64,000 nt of DNA, from the NCBI RefSeq assembly GCF_009914755.1, contig NC_060930.1; one strand, written 5' to 3'. The position numbers were made by a program, and so were the translations under genes. Shown piece by piece: positions 12,572 through 29,549 of this stretch (position 1 is its first letter; each line of letters starts with the position of its first letter). The stretch is from the human T2T-CHM13v2.0 reference genome, Homo sapiens. Under the pieces are notes generated by a model. It was not told the origin of the DNA and did not search any database. It saw only the letters and a list, made by a program, of their open reading frames with translations.

Positions 12572-14772
12572 TCATACCTAAATAGGTTGGTTTAGGCAGG
12601 AAAGTCACACAGGAAAAAATCGAGCGACTTAGAACATAAAGAGTTGTGACAAGTATGAATAATATACACTATAATTTATATAAGAGAAAAATATTGTTTA
12701 TTTAGGGAACTGAACATGAATTCTTAACCAAATTGTCTATGTATAAACTAGAAAATAATGTGTGGTTTACACATGTATAATCCGGAGATTAGAACAACAT
12801 AAAAGAAAAAAAAAAGAAAGCAAAACAAGACATACAATGAGACCATAAGAGAGTTGTTTAGATACTTTAAATAATTTCATGGTGCCAATTCTACCCAATT
12901 TATTTTCCAGGGATTTTAAGGAATCTGAATAAAAAGCTTATGGAAAGATGACATGCCAGAAGACTAGAAGCATTCATATGTGCTCTGGTCTTTCAATGCC
13001 AGCAAAGGATCAGTTTTGTAAATTGCTGAAAAGGGCTTGATTAAAGCTCCTGCCCAAATTCTCCATTGACCTTCACATGTGTACAAGATTAGAAAAACAA
13101 AAGTATAATTGTCAAAGATGGCCTGAAGTCCTCTCCTTTACGAGTTCAAAATTGACCTGAAGCCCCACAGAATAAAATGAGGCTACTGAGCGATTTTATG
13201 CTTCTATTTATGAGGTGTCTCTCAATTCTACACAGGGTTGAAATTGCATTTTCCTTAACTTCTTGTGATTCAGAGTTGTTTCTGGAGAAAATGGTGTGGA
13301 AAAGGAGAAGAGATGCTATAATATGCCAAGCCCAGAACCTTCCCATATTGTATGCGGTTTCAAGTTTGTCTCTCCCCTTGGGTGCATATCCCAGAAAAGA
13401 AATAAGAGGCATTTTTCCCACTCCTGCATGGAAAGCCTCCAAGCCCTCCTCCCTGAATGCTAGTTCTCTGAATAAGCAGTCACAGCCTGGCTGTTAGCCA
13501 ACTGATACACGCTTAATACACTTTCTCCTCCTTCTTACCCAAGGTCAGCTGTATAATTATCAGCAATTCCAACTTGGCTCTTTGGGCCAAACTTCTTCCC
13601 TTGTCTTTTTAGTAACAGAGGTTTTGAAGTACATGCTGATGGATTCCTGGTAGGCCTCATCCCCAAATCCCAGCTTTTCTATTGTGTAATATTTTTTGGA
13701 GTCCTTGGGTCCTTTCTTTCCTGTGGCTGTCTGGTGCTAGAATTTCCAAAGAAGTCTTCAGATCTTCCCCCTTTCTGTGTTACCCAGTTACACTGGTCCC
13801 TTCTATTTTTGAAGTTAGCATAACCCAGATAGAGCCTGTAGTTTCTTTTCATCTTCCTCTCTCTCTGTCTTTAGTCTATGAAGAAAGAAAATTTCTTCCA
13901 AAAGTGTCCTTCATTCAACAGACGGATACTGATCACTTACGTTCCAGATACTGTGCTTTGACCTTGCAGCTACCCTGAACCTGCCCAAAGTGTGAAATGG
14001 CCACCACCAGTGCAGAGGCATAAAGAACTCTGAGGTAAGATATTACCTGGGAAGTCAATGCAGAATTTTCCGGTGATCATTCTTTAGAGTTGAAGCAGCG
14101 GGAGAAAGCTTTTGGGCTTAACGATAGTATAAAACTCATGCCATGTCAATATGTAATATTTTCATAAGTTGTAACCGGTAGCAATAGAAAGAGTCAAGAA
14201 CCAAGAAACTTCATGAGAGGTATGTGAATAATAAGGCTAGAAGTGTTTGCAACTTTCGTGGGTCCTACTCTTAAGGTCTAACATTATTATATTTCTAACT
14301 TTTCCTAAATATTAATCATTTGCATGTGTATTCTCAAAACTAAAACTTTGCTGAAACAAGACCTTTCAAAGTTATGAAGCAATCAAAATTAACCATAGAG
14401 AAGCTTTGTGCTTTGTTTTAGCCTAAATTTTCAATGTGAAGTAAATATTGTCACTACCATGTTTTATAGTGAGAAACTGAGGATCAGACTGGTTAAAACT
14501 AGTGCAGTGCTCAGACTTTTATTGATATTTTACTAGAGATTAATTTTCTTCTTCTCTTCTATAGTGAGACATTCGCCAGTTCATTTCTGTTTTGGTTAAG
14601 ACACAAAATTACATTTAAACCTCTGAGAGTAGTTTTCAGAAGAGATATAAAATAATACAATAATATAATAACAAAAAGATCTTTCTGTTTTATTTTTGAT
14701 TCTTTTATTTTTTAAAAAAGAAATTTTCTTACCTCTGAAGTAAATTGACTTTCAGGGAAGCTAAGGGATTCA

Positions 14773-15078
14773 TTTTTTTTTATTTTTTTGAGACACAGTC
14801 TCACTCTGTTGCCAAGGCTAGGGTGCAGTGCCACTATCTTGGCTCACTGCAGCCTCCGCCTCCCAGGTTCAAGCAGTCTCCTGCCTCAGTTTCCTAAGTA
14901 GCTGAGATTACAGGCACCCACCTGTACATACATACATCCAGCTAATTTTTGTATTTTTACTAAAGACAAGGTTTCACAATGTTGGCCAGGCTGGTTTTAG
15001 ACTCCTGGGCTCAAGCTATCTGCCCCCCTTGGCCTCCCAAAGTGCTGGGATTACAGGTGTGAGTCACCGCACCCTGCT
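14773..15078 (-). mobile_element. Alu (Jb/early S-like)
   Basis: Complete antisense dimer with a small tgtacatacata insertion near 14922; flanks gggattcatttt / gggatttctttt. Confidence 0.9.
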
Positions 15079-15559
15079 GGGATTTCTTTTTTGTTTTTTT
15101 GTTTTTTGTGTCTTTAAGGTGAAGGTTGCTAGAACTTATCCAAAATTTGCACTCCTATAGCTGGTGAATTCCCTGATATGTAAACTGTATGTGAGGGATT
15201 TATAAATACACTGAGGGATTTGTAAGCTTAGCATCGAAATGTTGTCCCTTTTGATCAAATTTAGGCCTGAGAGCATGAGATCGTCATCCTTCCCAGTGAG
15301 CTCTGGGAAGGTCTCCAAATTAGCAATGGTGCCTTCAAAATCATGGAACTGCCTCACCTACAGGATATTTAAGAAATAAACTTCAAAGGTGATGCTAACA
15401 CTCAGAAGGTGAGTAGATTCCAGTTCTATGTAAGACTAATGTAGAAAATTCTTTAGACTGCATCCACTTCTGGGAAACATGGGATGGTGACGCTCAAAGA
15501 TAGTGTCCCAATAAGAATGTACAGTGAGCTAAATGGTTAGTTAGAAAAACAAAATAAAT

Positions 15560-15710
15560 TTAACAGGATTCTTATCCCTTTCTCCAACTCCAATTTGTAT
15601 AGTGGTTTATGGTGTTTTCACAAGTAATTTGCCCAAAGTGCAAAGCTAATAAAAATGAAGCTAGAATTTATTTCTACATCACTGTGATTCTAAATACAAA
15701 ATTTACACCA
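15560..15710 (-). mobile_element. MIR fragment
   Basis: aagtaatttgcccaaagtgcaaagctaataaaaatgaagctagaattt. Confidence 0.55.
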
Positions 15711-16194
15711 TGCTGTGTCATCTCTCACAATTTAAGTGATAAAAATAGTTTTGATACAAATATTTATATAAAATCATAAATTGCTTTCTATTTGGTTTGA
15801 TGAAATACGTAATTGGTTCATATTGTCTTTTTATATGTATTTTTTCCCTTTATATTTTTCTTAACAAAATGCATGAATCATATTTGCCTTTTTCAAACAT
15901 ATTGAAAATATAAATCTACCTAGTCTTTTTGGGCCTATAAAGTTGATGAAAAAAAGAATAAAACAAATATTAATTTCATTTACTTTTCTAGCTCTTTATT
16001 TACTAATGGGATGTTGCATTACTAGTAAATTGATATGACTGTTTTTTTAATATCAAGTGCACTCACATACAGTATGACACTATATGTCGAACCTATCTTA
16101 TTGAACAAAGAGAATAGGGTGAAGGATTTTCCCAGAAAGAGAGCATGAAATAAAACGGATGGTGTGGGGAGGACTTTTAGTGATCTTCTAGTCC

Positions 16195-16527
16195 TGTTAT
16201 CCCAAATATTTGAAACTGCCTCTTTTGGAATTTCCTCCTGACGAAAGAATATTCATCTCACCCTATTGATGTGGCCAATGAAATATGAGAGAAAGTGGAA
16301 TGTGCCACTTCCCTTCAGAAACTTTGAGAATGATTGGTTAACCCACTATTCCACTAGCCCATATCAAAGATAAAGGATGCTCCATTATTCTGCACTCTGG
16401 AGTAAAGAGCTAAACTGACCCATGGTGGACAAATAGCATGGGTAAGAGTTACGTGGTTGTTATTAAGCCACTCAGATTTGGGGTGTCATTTATTACCACA
16501 GCCTGATTTAGCTAAGCTGATTATATA
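16195..16527 (+). mobile_element. MLT1I/J-like LTR (ERVL-MaLR)
   Basis: ggccaatgaaatatgagagaaagtggaatgtgccacttcc...taagccactcagatttggggtgtcatttattaccacagcc...ctgattata. Confidence 0.75.
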
Positions 16528-19010
<2,483 letters not shown>

Positions 19011-19029
19011 TCTCTGCTCTTCCCCTTGC

Positions 19030-19318
19030 CTAAAACTATTACCCCCTCAACCACTAAACTCTAGTTCACAACAACCTTTTGTGGACTACCAGATTGGGTC
19101 TGGACTCCTCTGACTTTTCTCACTAGACTATGCACTACTCTATATCTTTTATCTAATTTTCTAATCAGATATTTATTTTTGAGATTATTTTACTAATTCA
19201 TGTCTTATGAAGTTCTAATTTTTATGAAGGTAGGGATGCTATTTCGGCTCATCATTATACTTCCAGAACTTAGTCCCATGCCTAGCACATAACTGATAAA
19301 TATTTATTAAATGAATGT
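19030..19318 (+). mobile_element. L2 3' end
   Basis: tatgaaggtagggatgctattt...cccatgcctagcacataactgataaatatttattaaatgaatg. Confidence 0.7.
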
Positions 19319-19504
19319 GTTTTCTCGAATTTGTTTCCTTAAGCTGAGAGTGTTTTGAAGATGGACTTCTCAGTATACCCCTGTCATGTAGAAATCAGAA
19401 TTATGAGTAGGCTCAACCTCTCTTTTTTTCTTCATACCCATTGTAATCCAGTTTGAAATTTGGCACTATGATTCTTCCCCTACAGGGTCTTAATTATGAC
19501 TTTA

Positions 19505-19615
19505 ACTTCTGGTTTGCCTGGGATAAACCTGGTTTTCATCAGGTCTGTAAGCATAATTATTAATTATGTCCTCTTTCACTACTGAAAGTGCCCAGGTTAA
19601 ATTACTTAGTTTCGC
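19505..19615 (-). mobile_element. MER94-like MITE
   Basis: ctggtttgcctgggataaacctggttt...ataattattaattatgtcctctttcactactgaaagtgcccagg. Confidence 0.6.
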
Positions 19616-20737
19616 TGTTCTTAGAGCTATACTCCTTGAACCTTTGTACACCCCATCTAAAGTGTCAACGTTCCCTAAGTTTAAGATAAAGAAATGAAAT
19701 TTGCCTCTGTTACAATCTAGAGTGCCAAACAGAGGCAGAAGTCTAATTGCAGACTTTGTCCCATGAGTTACTGTGGTTATATAACCTGGCCTATTAGAAA
19801 ATAAAAACAGTTGGACACAATTTCCTCAACTGAACCAAAAAGGAGGCCAATATCAATAATACATTGAAATGAGTGCCAAATTGCTCTCCATTTTTAGGAC
19901 CCGAAGACTCTCAAAAGGTTCCACAAGACAAAAAGATATATGGGAATTCTCTGCCTTGGAGAGACTCCCACACTGAGTTCAATTGTAATGTCTCTGTATT
20001 ATAGGTCTTCACAGCTAGAGCAAATGAAAATGCAATCTGAAGGGAGTGAAAAACTTGGAAAATCCCACACTGTTAGTAAATTAGGTCTTTTAAAAAAGGA
20101 ACATCCTAGCAAGCTCCAATAAATCAATGTGACTCTAAGAAACAACACTGAAAGGTAAGTGCACTTTCAGGGTTACATCTTTGTTCTCTTTCTTTCTTAG
20201 CTATTTGATTCATGTGGTAAAGTAAATTTCTCTTGATTTTTTTTCTTTCATAATCTACTAGTTACTGAGCCTGTCGGACTTAACTCACCAGAGTTTTAAT
20301 TACAAAGCAGTACAGTTGCCGCAGAGAATGGTAACACAGTGTTGCTGAACCAACTGGGCCTGAGATGTGTGGCTGGAATCTTATATTTTCTTCACTTTCT
20401 AAAGATGAGAGACTTCCCAGATGCCCTAACAGCAGGGCTTCTTTTTGATAAGAGGTAATGAAACCTCACAGACAAATGCAATAATCTGAGTTTTAATAGA
20501 CCCAAACCAGTCGACAGTAAAAAAAAAAATCAGCACAATAGACAAAAAACTGAGTCACTCTGATGAGATTTTCAAATATTTCTCTTCCTTCTCATCATCT
20601 CTTCAAAGAGAGTAACCGATTGCCCTATTCTTTTCTTTTTGTCCTAATGAAAAAAATAGCTTAAAATTAGAAATAATGTACTTACTAAGCCATGTGAAGA
20701 TAATAGGCCACAGAAATTAAAAATGCTCATACCTATT

Positions 20738-20851
20738 TAGAGTGATGAACCTTCCCAATCTGCCCGTGATGTTACCAGTTTTCACAATAAAATCCTGTGT
20801 CCTGAGAAACCCTCCTCAGCCCTGAGCAAGATGAAACAGTTGGTCACCCTA
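20738..20851 (+). mobile_element. MER81-like (hAT-Blackjack MITE)
   Basis: tagagtga...ccagtttt...gtcctgagaaaccctcctcagccctgagcaag...gttggtcacccta with terminal inverted repeats. Confidence 0.75.
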
Positions 20852-20932
20852 CTACTTACTTTCAAGGAGATAGATGGTCGATTCAATTTTATAAATTCAA
20901 TATTATTAAACCTCTCTACATTCTAATGCATA

Positions 20933-20962
20933 CTATATATATATATATATATATGTATATAT
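20933..20962. repeat. (TA)n microsatellite
   Basis: tatatatatatatatatatatgtatatat. Confidence 0.85.
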
Positions 20963-23083
20963 CATATAGACCTACATACCAAATGTATTTAAATGCTATT
21001 TAACTTTCTGTACGTTTTGTTTCCCTCCTATTTTTAGTCTTTTTTTGTCTTTCTAATAAAAGATAATTTTTTGAAGATCGTTAGATGTATTTGTCAATGC
21101 AAGAGTAGTGGATTAATATTACAAACCAGTATGTTGTGTAGGTCTTTATACACGCTTTCCACCTTCAGGGATAATGACCCCAAATAGGCGATGAAAAAAA
21201 AAAAGGACATGAGATGAGAGTCAGAGCTCCTTTTCCTTGGTGACTCGAGATTATATGAAGATAAAAGGAAAAGGTTGTGATGCATTTTCTGCAGTTTGTG
21301 TAAGGATGGGCTTTATAAATCTAGGAAAAATTCCTGCAGGAATCACTTTTTAGTACCGGTGCTGCCATCAACTTTCAACTGTCTAACGGAAGCTAGAATA
21401 TAAAGGTGGGAATTTTAATAAAAAAAAGTATTTTTGTTAATACCTATATAATTAGAAATGATGACTGTTAAGGAAAGTTTTTTCTGTTTTCTTAGATTTA
21501 ATAAAACACAACTAAATTTGGAAATACACAGGCAATAGAGACAAATCTAAAAATTCTTAGCAAAACTATGATTTTCATCTCATTATAATAACATATGAAA
21601 GCAGAAATGGCAAATCAAATTTTATAGCAAAAACACTCAATACAGAGAGCTATTAATTCCTGGCACAAAACTCAACTGCAGAAGGTGGATGAAGTGCATA
21701 TGATGCATACTCATTATTTTTAACAATGCTTGGAGGGGCTCTTTGACTCGGAATTTTATGAGCAACATAAGTGATCTGATCTGTTACTTAAAACACTCAA
21801 TGAAATTAGAAATGTATATATTATGATACAACTGATTTTAGCATAAATATACCTAACAAAATTTGACTGTTAAATATCCAAGCCCAAACATCCCTATATA
21901 TTTCCCACTCACTCGCTAAACCTCGAGTAAGCCACTATTGTTAGAAATGTTCTTCCAATTCTTGCTCCAGGACTATTCTTCCACCTCCTCCAGGTTCTTC
22001 TGTCTTCTTGCTGTGTCTCAGCCTGCTTTCATGTCTGCTGGTTTGTGCTTTTCTGTTTCTATTTCTGAGGCACATTGCCTTGCTGTGTATATCCTTTCAG
22101 TGTCTTGTATCCTGTGATTCTGAACAAAGGGAGCTGTGATTTATAATATTTTGGGAAGCAACTAAATTCTTAATTGGTATCCAAATTGAAAACCAATTTT
22201 TCCTTTTGGCCAGAATCATGAAAACTATTGTAAGTTCTGTGGAACTTGTATGATAACATTACATAGATTTTTTTGGCCACGAAAAAATCTGAATGGGTCT
22301 CTTTTTAATGATTTCCCACCTGGCATTATGTGTGACAAATATATAGTTCAAGCCTCTAAGTGCATGTTTAAAACCTACAATGTATACATATTCATGTCCT
22401 GAGTTTTCCCTTTGTACTAGCTTTTTTGGTATATAGTTAAATGGTTATTCAAAATGTTAGTTAAACTTTATAAATTTTAACTGGTTTCTCTAAAAGTAGC
22501 CTTGCTATTTTTCCTTAATAAAAAAGATGAACATTCTACACAATAAAAGTCTTATGTTTTATTATTCTTACAGCATGTGCAGCATTTGTATTTCTTTTTT
22601 ATCTTCACTTGGTGTCATCAAAATATAATGCCCTGCCAGACACATATCCTCTCATAATCAATATTAAATAATTCTATGGCTATTTTAGAATTTGAATTTT
22701 TAAATTTTATTTTAATTAAACCATTTTAAATAAAGATTATATCTAGCAATCTTTCATTCTATGTTTTGCTAGTTTCTCACAGTAAATATTTGTACTGTGT
22801 TAGAATATTTTGAGTTGAGTTTTAAACTATATTTTGGTAAGAAGATTAACTTCTTGATAGTAATTTATGCTGGAAAATGGAATATGTTTGAAAGAAAGTT
22901 TCAATGGTGAAATTCAGCATAAGGCATAGAAGTTTAAAAATAACTGTAATAGCCTATAAGCTCAATATTCATTTAGAAAAGACATGAAATAAATCAAACT
23001 AGCAAAAGTAAAAATAAGCTATCCACCTAACTCCAACATATCATTGTCAAAGTGTATCAAGGCATGGGAATTGATTCAGCATC

Positions 23084-23117
23084 TTTGTTTTTGTTTTGTT
23101 TTGTTTTGTTTTGTTTT
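23084..23117. repeat. (TTTTG)n microsatellite
   Basis: tttgtttttgttttgttttgttttgttttgtttt. Confidence 0.85.
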
Positions 23118-23614
23118 CTGTGTAGTTGGGGAGAGATTTTACTAAATCTGGGAAATCTTCCTTTACAACAAACAAGCAAACAAACAAACTTGTATTGCAA
23201 ATGTGTTACTCATCAAACAGAAACACAAACCTTGTTCTGTATCAACAAAATATTGACCCATATGTCTTACCCCCACACAGAACATGTGTAGGGTTTGTAT
23301 CCCTCAGGAAACACTTGTCAGTGGCTCAACATGGAAAAAACCAAAAGGTAAAAAGAGAGTAATTAAATGTTCCAGGATATATTACCGTATTAAAGTCTTA
23401 CGAATTATTTGGTTTCTGCCTGAAGATTTCTAGACTCCTTTAAAAAATAGTCAATAGGACATAGAGCTGTTCTGCAAATTGATGTAGCTCAATTTGCCAA
23501 CTAAAGGAGAGTTACAGGAGCGTATATGACATCAATATATAGTTGTAGCTATGCAGAAAATGACCTGCAGGACACTAATCTTAACCACTAAGACATTAGA
23601 AGGCCTTTTAAACC

Positions 23615-23780
23615 TGGCCAATTAAAATGTGCTTCTCACACCAGCAGCCTCAGCCCCACCTGAGAGCTTCTAAAAAAAAAAAATCCCAGCCCCATCCAGA
23701 CCTGCTGAATCAGAATTACCTGCACGTGTTAACAAGTTTCCCAGGTGACTCGAAGGTGCAGAAAAGTTTGACAAACATGT
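23615..23780 (+). mobile_element. MER5A/B (hAT-Charlie)
   Basis: accagcagcctcagccccacctgagagctt...ccccatccagacctgctgaatcagaa...ttaacaagtttcccaggtgactc...aaagtttgacaaac. Confidence 0.8.
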
Positions 23781-24375
23781 TTCAAAACATTGCTTTCCTT
23801 TATGTCTGTAAGGCAAAATCCTACATCTACTTTCTCTTTTGTTGAAAAGTATGATGAAATTTGTGAAGATAATGCTTAAATTCTTCAAATTGTGGTCGGG
23901 GGTAACCATCCTCTCAAATGAGTCATTCTGAAGTTGAAACACAAACATTGCACTTAGAAGATAAAGGTTTTTGCCTTTAGAAGTCCTGTCAGTTGTTGCC
24001 TCCTAAAAACCATGGACATCTGTGAAAATAATTCTATTTCTATGGCTTTACCTGCAGTCTTCTAATGTTTCAAAATGTATCAACACTATTCCGTGTGGCC
24101 ATGCAGTTCTTTGTCTTAATTTTTGTCATATTTGTTGCTTTTTGCTCTACTGCCATATATGTCCTAAGCAACCTGTAATCCTAAGCAACCCAGAGTGCAA
24201 TTCCAAAAACATCATTCATGACAAATAACTGCTTCGGTTCGATTTGAGAAAAATACCATAAATGTGCTCTTTTATTTCCCAAAAGAGCCACAAGATGGAA
24301 AATACCCGTGAAAGTCACCTTCTTCAGGAATCATTTATTCATAGATTTAGGAAGCTTTTTGGCAGAGATAGCTAG

Positions 24376-24796
<421 letters not shown>

Positions 24797-26481
24797 CATA
24801 CCTGCCTGCTTCTCAAGTCCTCTGACAGCACTTGAATGTGTGACTGCAGGACAAAATATGACAAAACTGGGTATTAAATCTTAGGAAGTGTAACTTAAAA
24901 TGAACTCCCGCCACATATCTTTTTAATTCTTTTCTAAATTAAGTGAATCTATTTTTAATATTCTATCTCTTGAGTGATATGAAACAACAAAATGGGGAAG
25001 TTCTGAGAACTTATATTTCATCATTAGTCTGTGATATTCACCACAATTTTGCTTTATGAATAGACTTTTGTTAATCTTTTTCATTTTTTTTAAAGGTCCC
25101 TATAATTACTACTTAGGGGAGGATTCTTCTAATTTTAACCATGTTTTCTAAACTGAAAATTGAACATACAAAAAAGTGATGGTGGTCTTTTTCTAGCTGT
25201 CTTTAATGGTGAGGGGAGAGCCAGGAAAGCTAGTGGTTCTGAGGATTGACACCATTGCAAAGGATCCATGTCATGGTTAATCTAGGTGGCCTTGTGAGAG
25301 TGTGGTCACGTACTACATTTTCTCATTACTTGGATAGGTTGAGATATAGCAGGCCCGGATCCCTTTTCTAATTCTCTCAGGCAGCTAGACTGCTGGAAGC
25401 TTTACAATGTAGCCTCATGATCCTCATGCTTCTAGCAATAGAAAACGGCTCTTAGAACATGTTCAGAAAATCAAAAACTGATAATAATTGCATCTGGCTA
25501 GGGCAAATCTCTTCCAATGTTAAAATAAGCAGAAAATATAAAATAAAAGTATCCATGTAATTGTAACAATTTAATATCAAAATTTAAGTTGCAAATTTAA
25601 AAATATATATTTACATAATTGATTTCAAACAACTAGAATTTTATTAATATTCACTGTTTATTAGTCTTTAGACATTTCATCTAACCCCTTTAAATTGCAA
25701 ATATGTTCACATTTCAAGTGATGTAAGTCAATGTCAAAGACTGCTAAAGAAAATGTTCTAGAATTAAAGCAGTGACCTCTCTCTCCCCCACTCCAGATGT
25801 GACTACTCCAGCTGAGAGCATCATGCATGAACTTTCATCCCTTACAATGTTAAAGGGGCTATATGCATGTAATATCCATGGTGAAAGCTTTCTTGTGTTC
25901 TTAATAAAAGAATTCAACTTTGCAGGAAAGTGAAAGGAAAAGTTGCTTTTTAAAAAAATAAAACATCACTGTATAGGTAAAACCTGTAGGGATTCAACAG
26001 TACTTGAAAGACGACTTTTAAGTATTCTTGATCTAAATGATCTAAGGGGATTGTGAGAATTAATGAATAGTGGGTTGCAGACTAGGTCAAAACAGAACTT
26101 CTCTACTCTATTACCCCCAAAAGTTTTTATTGTAGAAGCTCATTTTTAAACACTATTTGGAGTTTATTCCATTGGATATTTGCATTTCAAATAATCATTT
26201 AAATGCTAACTAATTTATGGAACTCTAATAAAATTACAGAAATAAAGTGATTCGCTTTTCAAAATATGTCCAAATTCCATCTTTTAGAAAACTTTATTTG
26301 AAATGTAAATGATATCATTGCAACACGTATTAATTGAATTTCTGTTTTGTATAAAGCACAATGTTATGCACTGGAGGCAGGATGACAAAGCTTAAGGCTT
26401 AGTCACTGCTCTTTACATGAACGTCACCTAGTCAGGGAGAAATAAGAGCATAAATTATTTTAATTAAAATTACAAACATTT

Positions 26482-26770
26482 GGCCAGGCATGGTGTCTCA
26501 TGCCTGTAACCCCAGCACTTTGGGCGGGCGAGGCAGGCAGATCACTTGAGGCCAGGAGCTCAAGACCAGCCTGGCCAGCATAGTGAAACCCCATCTTTAC
26601 TAAAAATACAAAAATTAGCCTGGTGTGGTGGCTCGCACCTGTAATCCCAGCCACTTGGAGGCTGAGGCGGGAGAATCACTTGAACTTGGGAGGTGGAGGT
26701 CGTAGTGAGCCAAGACTGCGCCACTGTACTACAGCCTAGGTGACACAGTGAGACTCAGTCTCAAAAAAAA
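26482..26770 (+). mobile_element. AluS (Sz/Sx-like), full length
   Basis: Complete dimer; TSD aaaattacaaacatt (26466-26480) / aaaattacaaatatt (26769-26783). Confidence 0.95.
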
Positions 26771-26974
26771 AATTACAAATATTAAATAATTATAAATCTA
26801 CACTACTAAATATATCTCAATTGGTGATTAATTGTGAAATGAAAGGAACTAGTAGTATCATGAGTTCACATAATTTTGACAAATGCGGAATTATGCACTA
26901 CATAAAAAGGGATACAATATTTTGGATGAGAAAAGCAAGCCGGTCTTCATTCTGCTCATGTAGGACTTCTACAC

Positions 26975-27199
26975 CAGGAATCAGCAAAGTTTCTTTGTCA
27001 AAGGCCAAACAGTAAATATTTTTGGCTTTGTGAGTAATTCGGCTTCTGTCAGAACAGGTCGATTTTGTCATTGGAGTGCAATAGTGGGCACAGACAATAT
27101 GTAAATGAATGATTGTGACTGTGTTCTAATAAAACTTTGTTTACAAAAATAGTTAGTGGTGCTGGATTTGACCCTCAGATCATATATGCCCAAACTCTG
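26975..27199 (+). mobile_element. MER58A (hAT-Charlie)
   Basis: caggaatcagcaaagtttc...aaaggccaaacagtaaatatttt...cacagacaatatgtaaatgaatg...ctaataaaactttgtttacaaaaa. Confidence 0.85.
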
Positions 27200-29183
27200 C
27201 TCTACAAATGCTTAAATTACAACTAGAAAAGCAAATTTATACATGACAGTATCTGCTGGTTATGGTATTTGTATATGTGATTAAATAATCAGCTTAAAAG
27301 CTGATTCTAAAGACAGGAGATCTGCTATGTCCACATTTTGTGCTGAGTCCCACATGGCAATTACTTAGTATATCTTGAATGGTGGCCATTTAATGGTTTA
27401 ATATGGGGGAGGATAAAACACTAGAGGATATGTTTCATAGGACAATTTTATTATAGCCTCAGGGGATAGAACAGATTAGTTGCAGAGTTTTCCCCACTTC
27501 CATTTTCACTATTTTTAGGATATATTCAAGATGAATTAATGCAATCATTTTTTGCTTTAGAGTCCATGTATTGAAGTTTAATAAGTTACAACTACCAGTC
27601 AGAATAAACTATTTGTTTCAAATGACAAAAACATTATTTTCACATTTTCTTAAAGGAGAAATATTACACATGCCAAAAAAAAAAAAACACATACAAAAAA
27701 AATCAAGCTAAAGGTATTATAACCCATTGCAAATACCAACAGGTACCTAAATTAGAAGATATATTTGGCAACTCCAATTTAATTCAGAGTTTACCACATT
27801 GACTACATTTTTTCATTCCCTGGGAAATTGTAAGAATAAAATATTGTAGCATTTATTCAAAGATGAATGATCATGAAGGGTGAAAGAAAAACTGTATGAA
27901 ATACTTCCAATAAAGAACTCAATATCTATGCTGTAAGTACTGTAATAAAATTGTGCTTTGCATTGCAAATGATATCTTCTGTGTTTCTTATCAGCTAGTT
28001 TTCAAATGTTCAAAAGGCAACATTCTACTTTCAGTCTATAACATCTGATTAGCTAAAAAGTAATTTTTAAGTTGACAACTGTAAATGTTTAGTACACATA
28101 AATTTTACAAATAAATAGTAAAAGCTTGTGATTTACTAAGTATAATTTATAAATTGATGAGATATTAGTCTGCTTAGATTTACTGATTTTGAAGCTTTAT
28201 AATTTATATGCAGCAGCAAATACACAAAAGAATAAAGCAATTTGAAGCTTTTCATTGAACGATCTGAGAGCTTTTAAAACAAACTTAAGCAAGAAATTGT
28301 AAAAACATTTTTACCTATATAAAAGATGTTGTATTTAAAGAAGTTTAACAAAGAGCATAAACAATCTTTAAGAAAATATTTAATGGTTCTTTGCCTCTAT
28401 AAACGTTCAAGAATGACCTAGCTTTTGTAATTCCATATGAGAGTCTTTCTTCAATATTGGTCTGCTCTGAACATTATACAGTGAGGACTCTGGACTTTGT
28501 TTCATTTAGAATTGTATCGTTAAGATTCTTAACATTCAAACTCCCCAAAACCAGAAACTGAGTAGGAGGTCCTATTGACTCATTGGAGGTTAGCATTTTG
28601 CATTTTTCAGTCTCCAAGTAGCTTTTCCATTTTAAAAACCAAGTAATGGTATCTTATTTAATTGAGGGCTATGTTGTAAACCAACTTCATATACTTTCAT
28701 TTACAAAGTATCTCAGCCTGATTGATGTAGGTAAAGAATATATGCAGAAGGCAAATAGAAATAAATAGCACCTTGCTTTAGACTTTTTATGCAGAATTGT
28801 CTTTCCAAAAGATGTGTCCAGTCTCTTATTAGAAACAATTTGGCTACATTGTTCTTTTCTAATTGATTGAATTTTTCTTCCAATGTCTGTCAAAGTCTAA
28901 GGGAAAATCAGTTTCAGAGAGGACAGTCACATCTTTTTTTCTGATTTTTAGATATTTCTAACAGTGATGATTGTTTCAGATTAGAAATTGACTAGATTAT
29001 TTGATATTTAAACCTTATTAAAATGTGTTTTATTCTTAATATATCTTCAGTATTGATATTAATCCTGATTTTAAAAGTAGAATTTTAAAAGTTATCACGT
29101 TTACATTTTTCTTGTGGATTATTTTTTGGTGGAATATTTAACCCTCAGCTTTTATTTGTTATGAAACCATTCAGCGCAGTTCC

Positions 29184-29192
29184 AAGATGGCC
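29184..29192 (+). promoter_or_regulatory. YY1 site of the L1 internal promoter
   Basis: AAGATGGCC intact at the L1 5' end (established L1 YY1 motif). Confidence 0.75.
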
Positions 29193-29549
29193 CAATAGGA
29201 ACAGCTCCAGTCTACAGCTCCCAGCGTGAGCAACACAGAAGATGGGTGATTTCTGCATTTCCAACTGAGGTACTGGGTTCATCTCACTGGGGCTTGACGG
29301 ACAGTGGGTGCAGGACAGTGGGTGCAGCCCAACGAGCATGAGCCGAAGCAGGGCGAGGCATCGCCTCACCCAGGAAGTACAAGGGTTCAGGGAATTCCCT
29401 TTTCTAGCCAATGGAAGCTGAGACAGATGGCACCTGGAAAATCAGGTCACTCCCACCCTAATACTGCACTTTTCCAATGGTCTTAGCAAACAGCATATCA
29501 GGAGATTATATCCCGCGCCTGGCTCGGAGGGTTCCACGCCCACGGAGCC

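Noticed and set aside
15136-15357. 73-aa minus ORF in apparently unique DNA
   Set aside because: GTG start, no recognisable domain, no good downstream donor; length expected by chance.
21695-21782. C/D-box snoRNA-like atgatg...ctga
   Set aside because: Box C is imperfect (ATGATGC), with no convincing terminal stem or recognisable rRNA guide.
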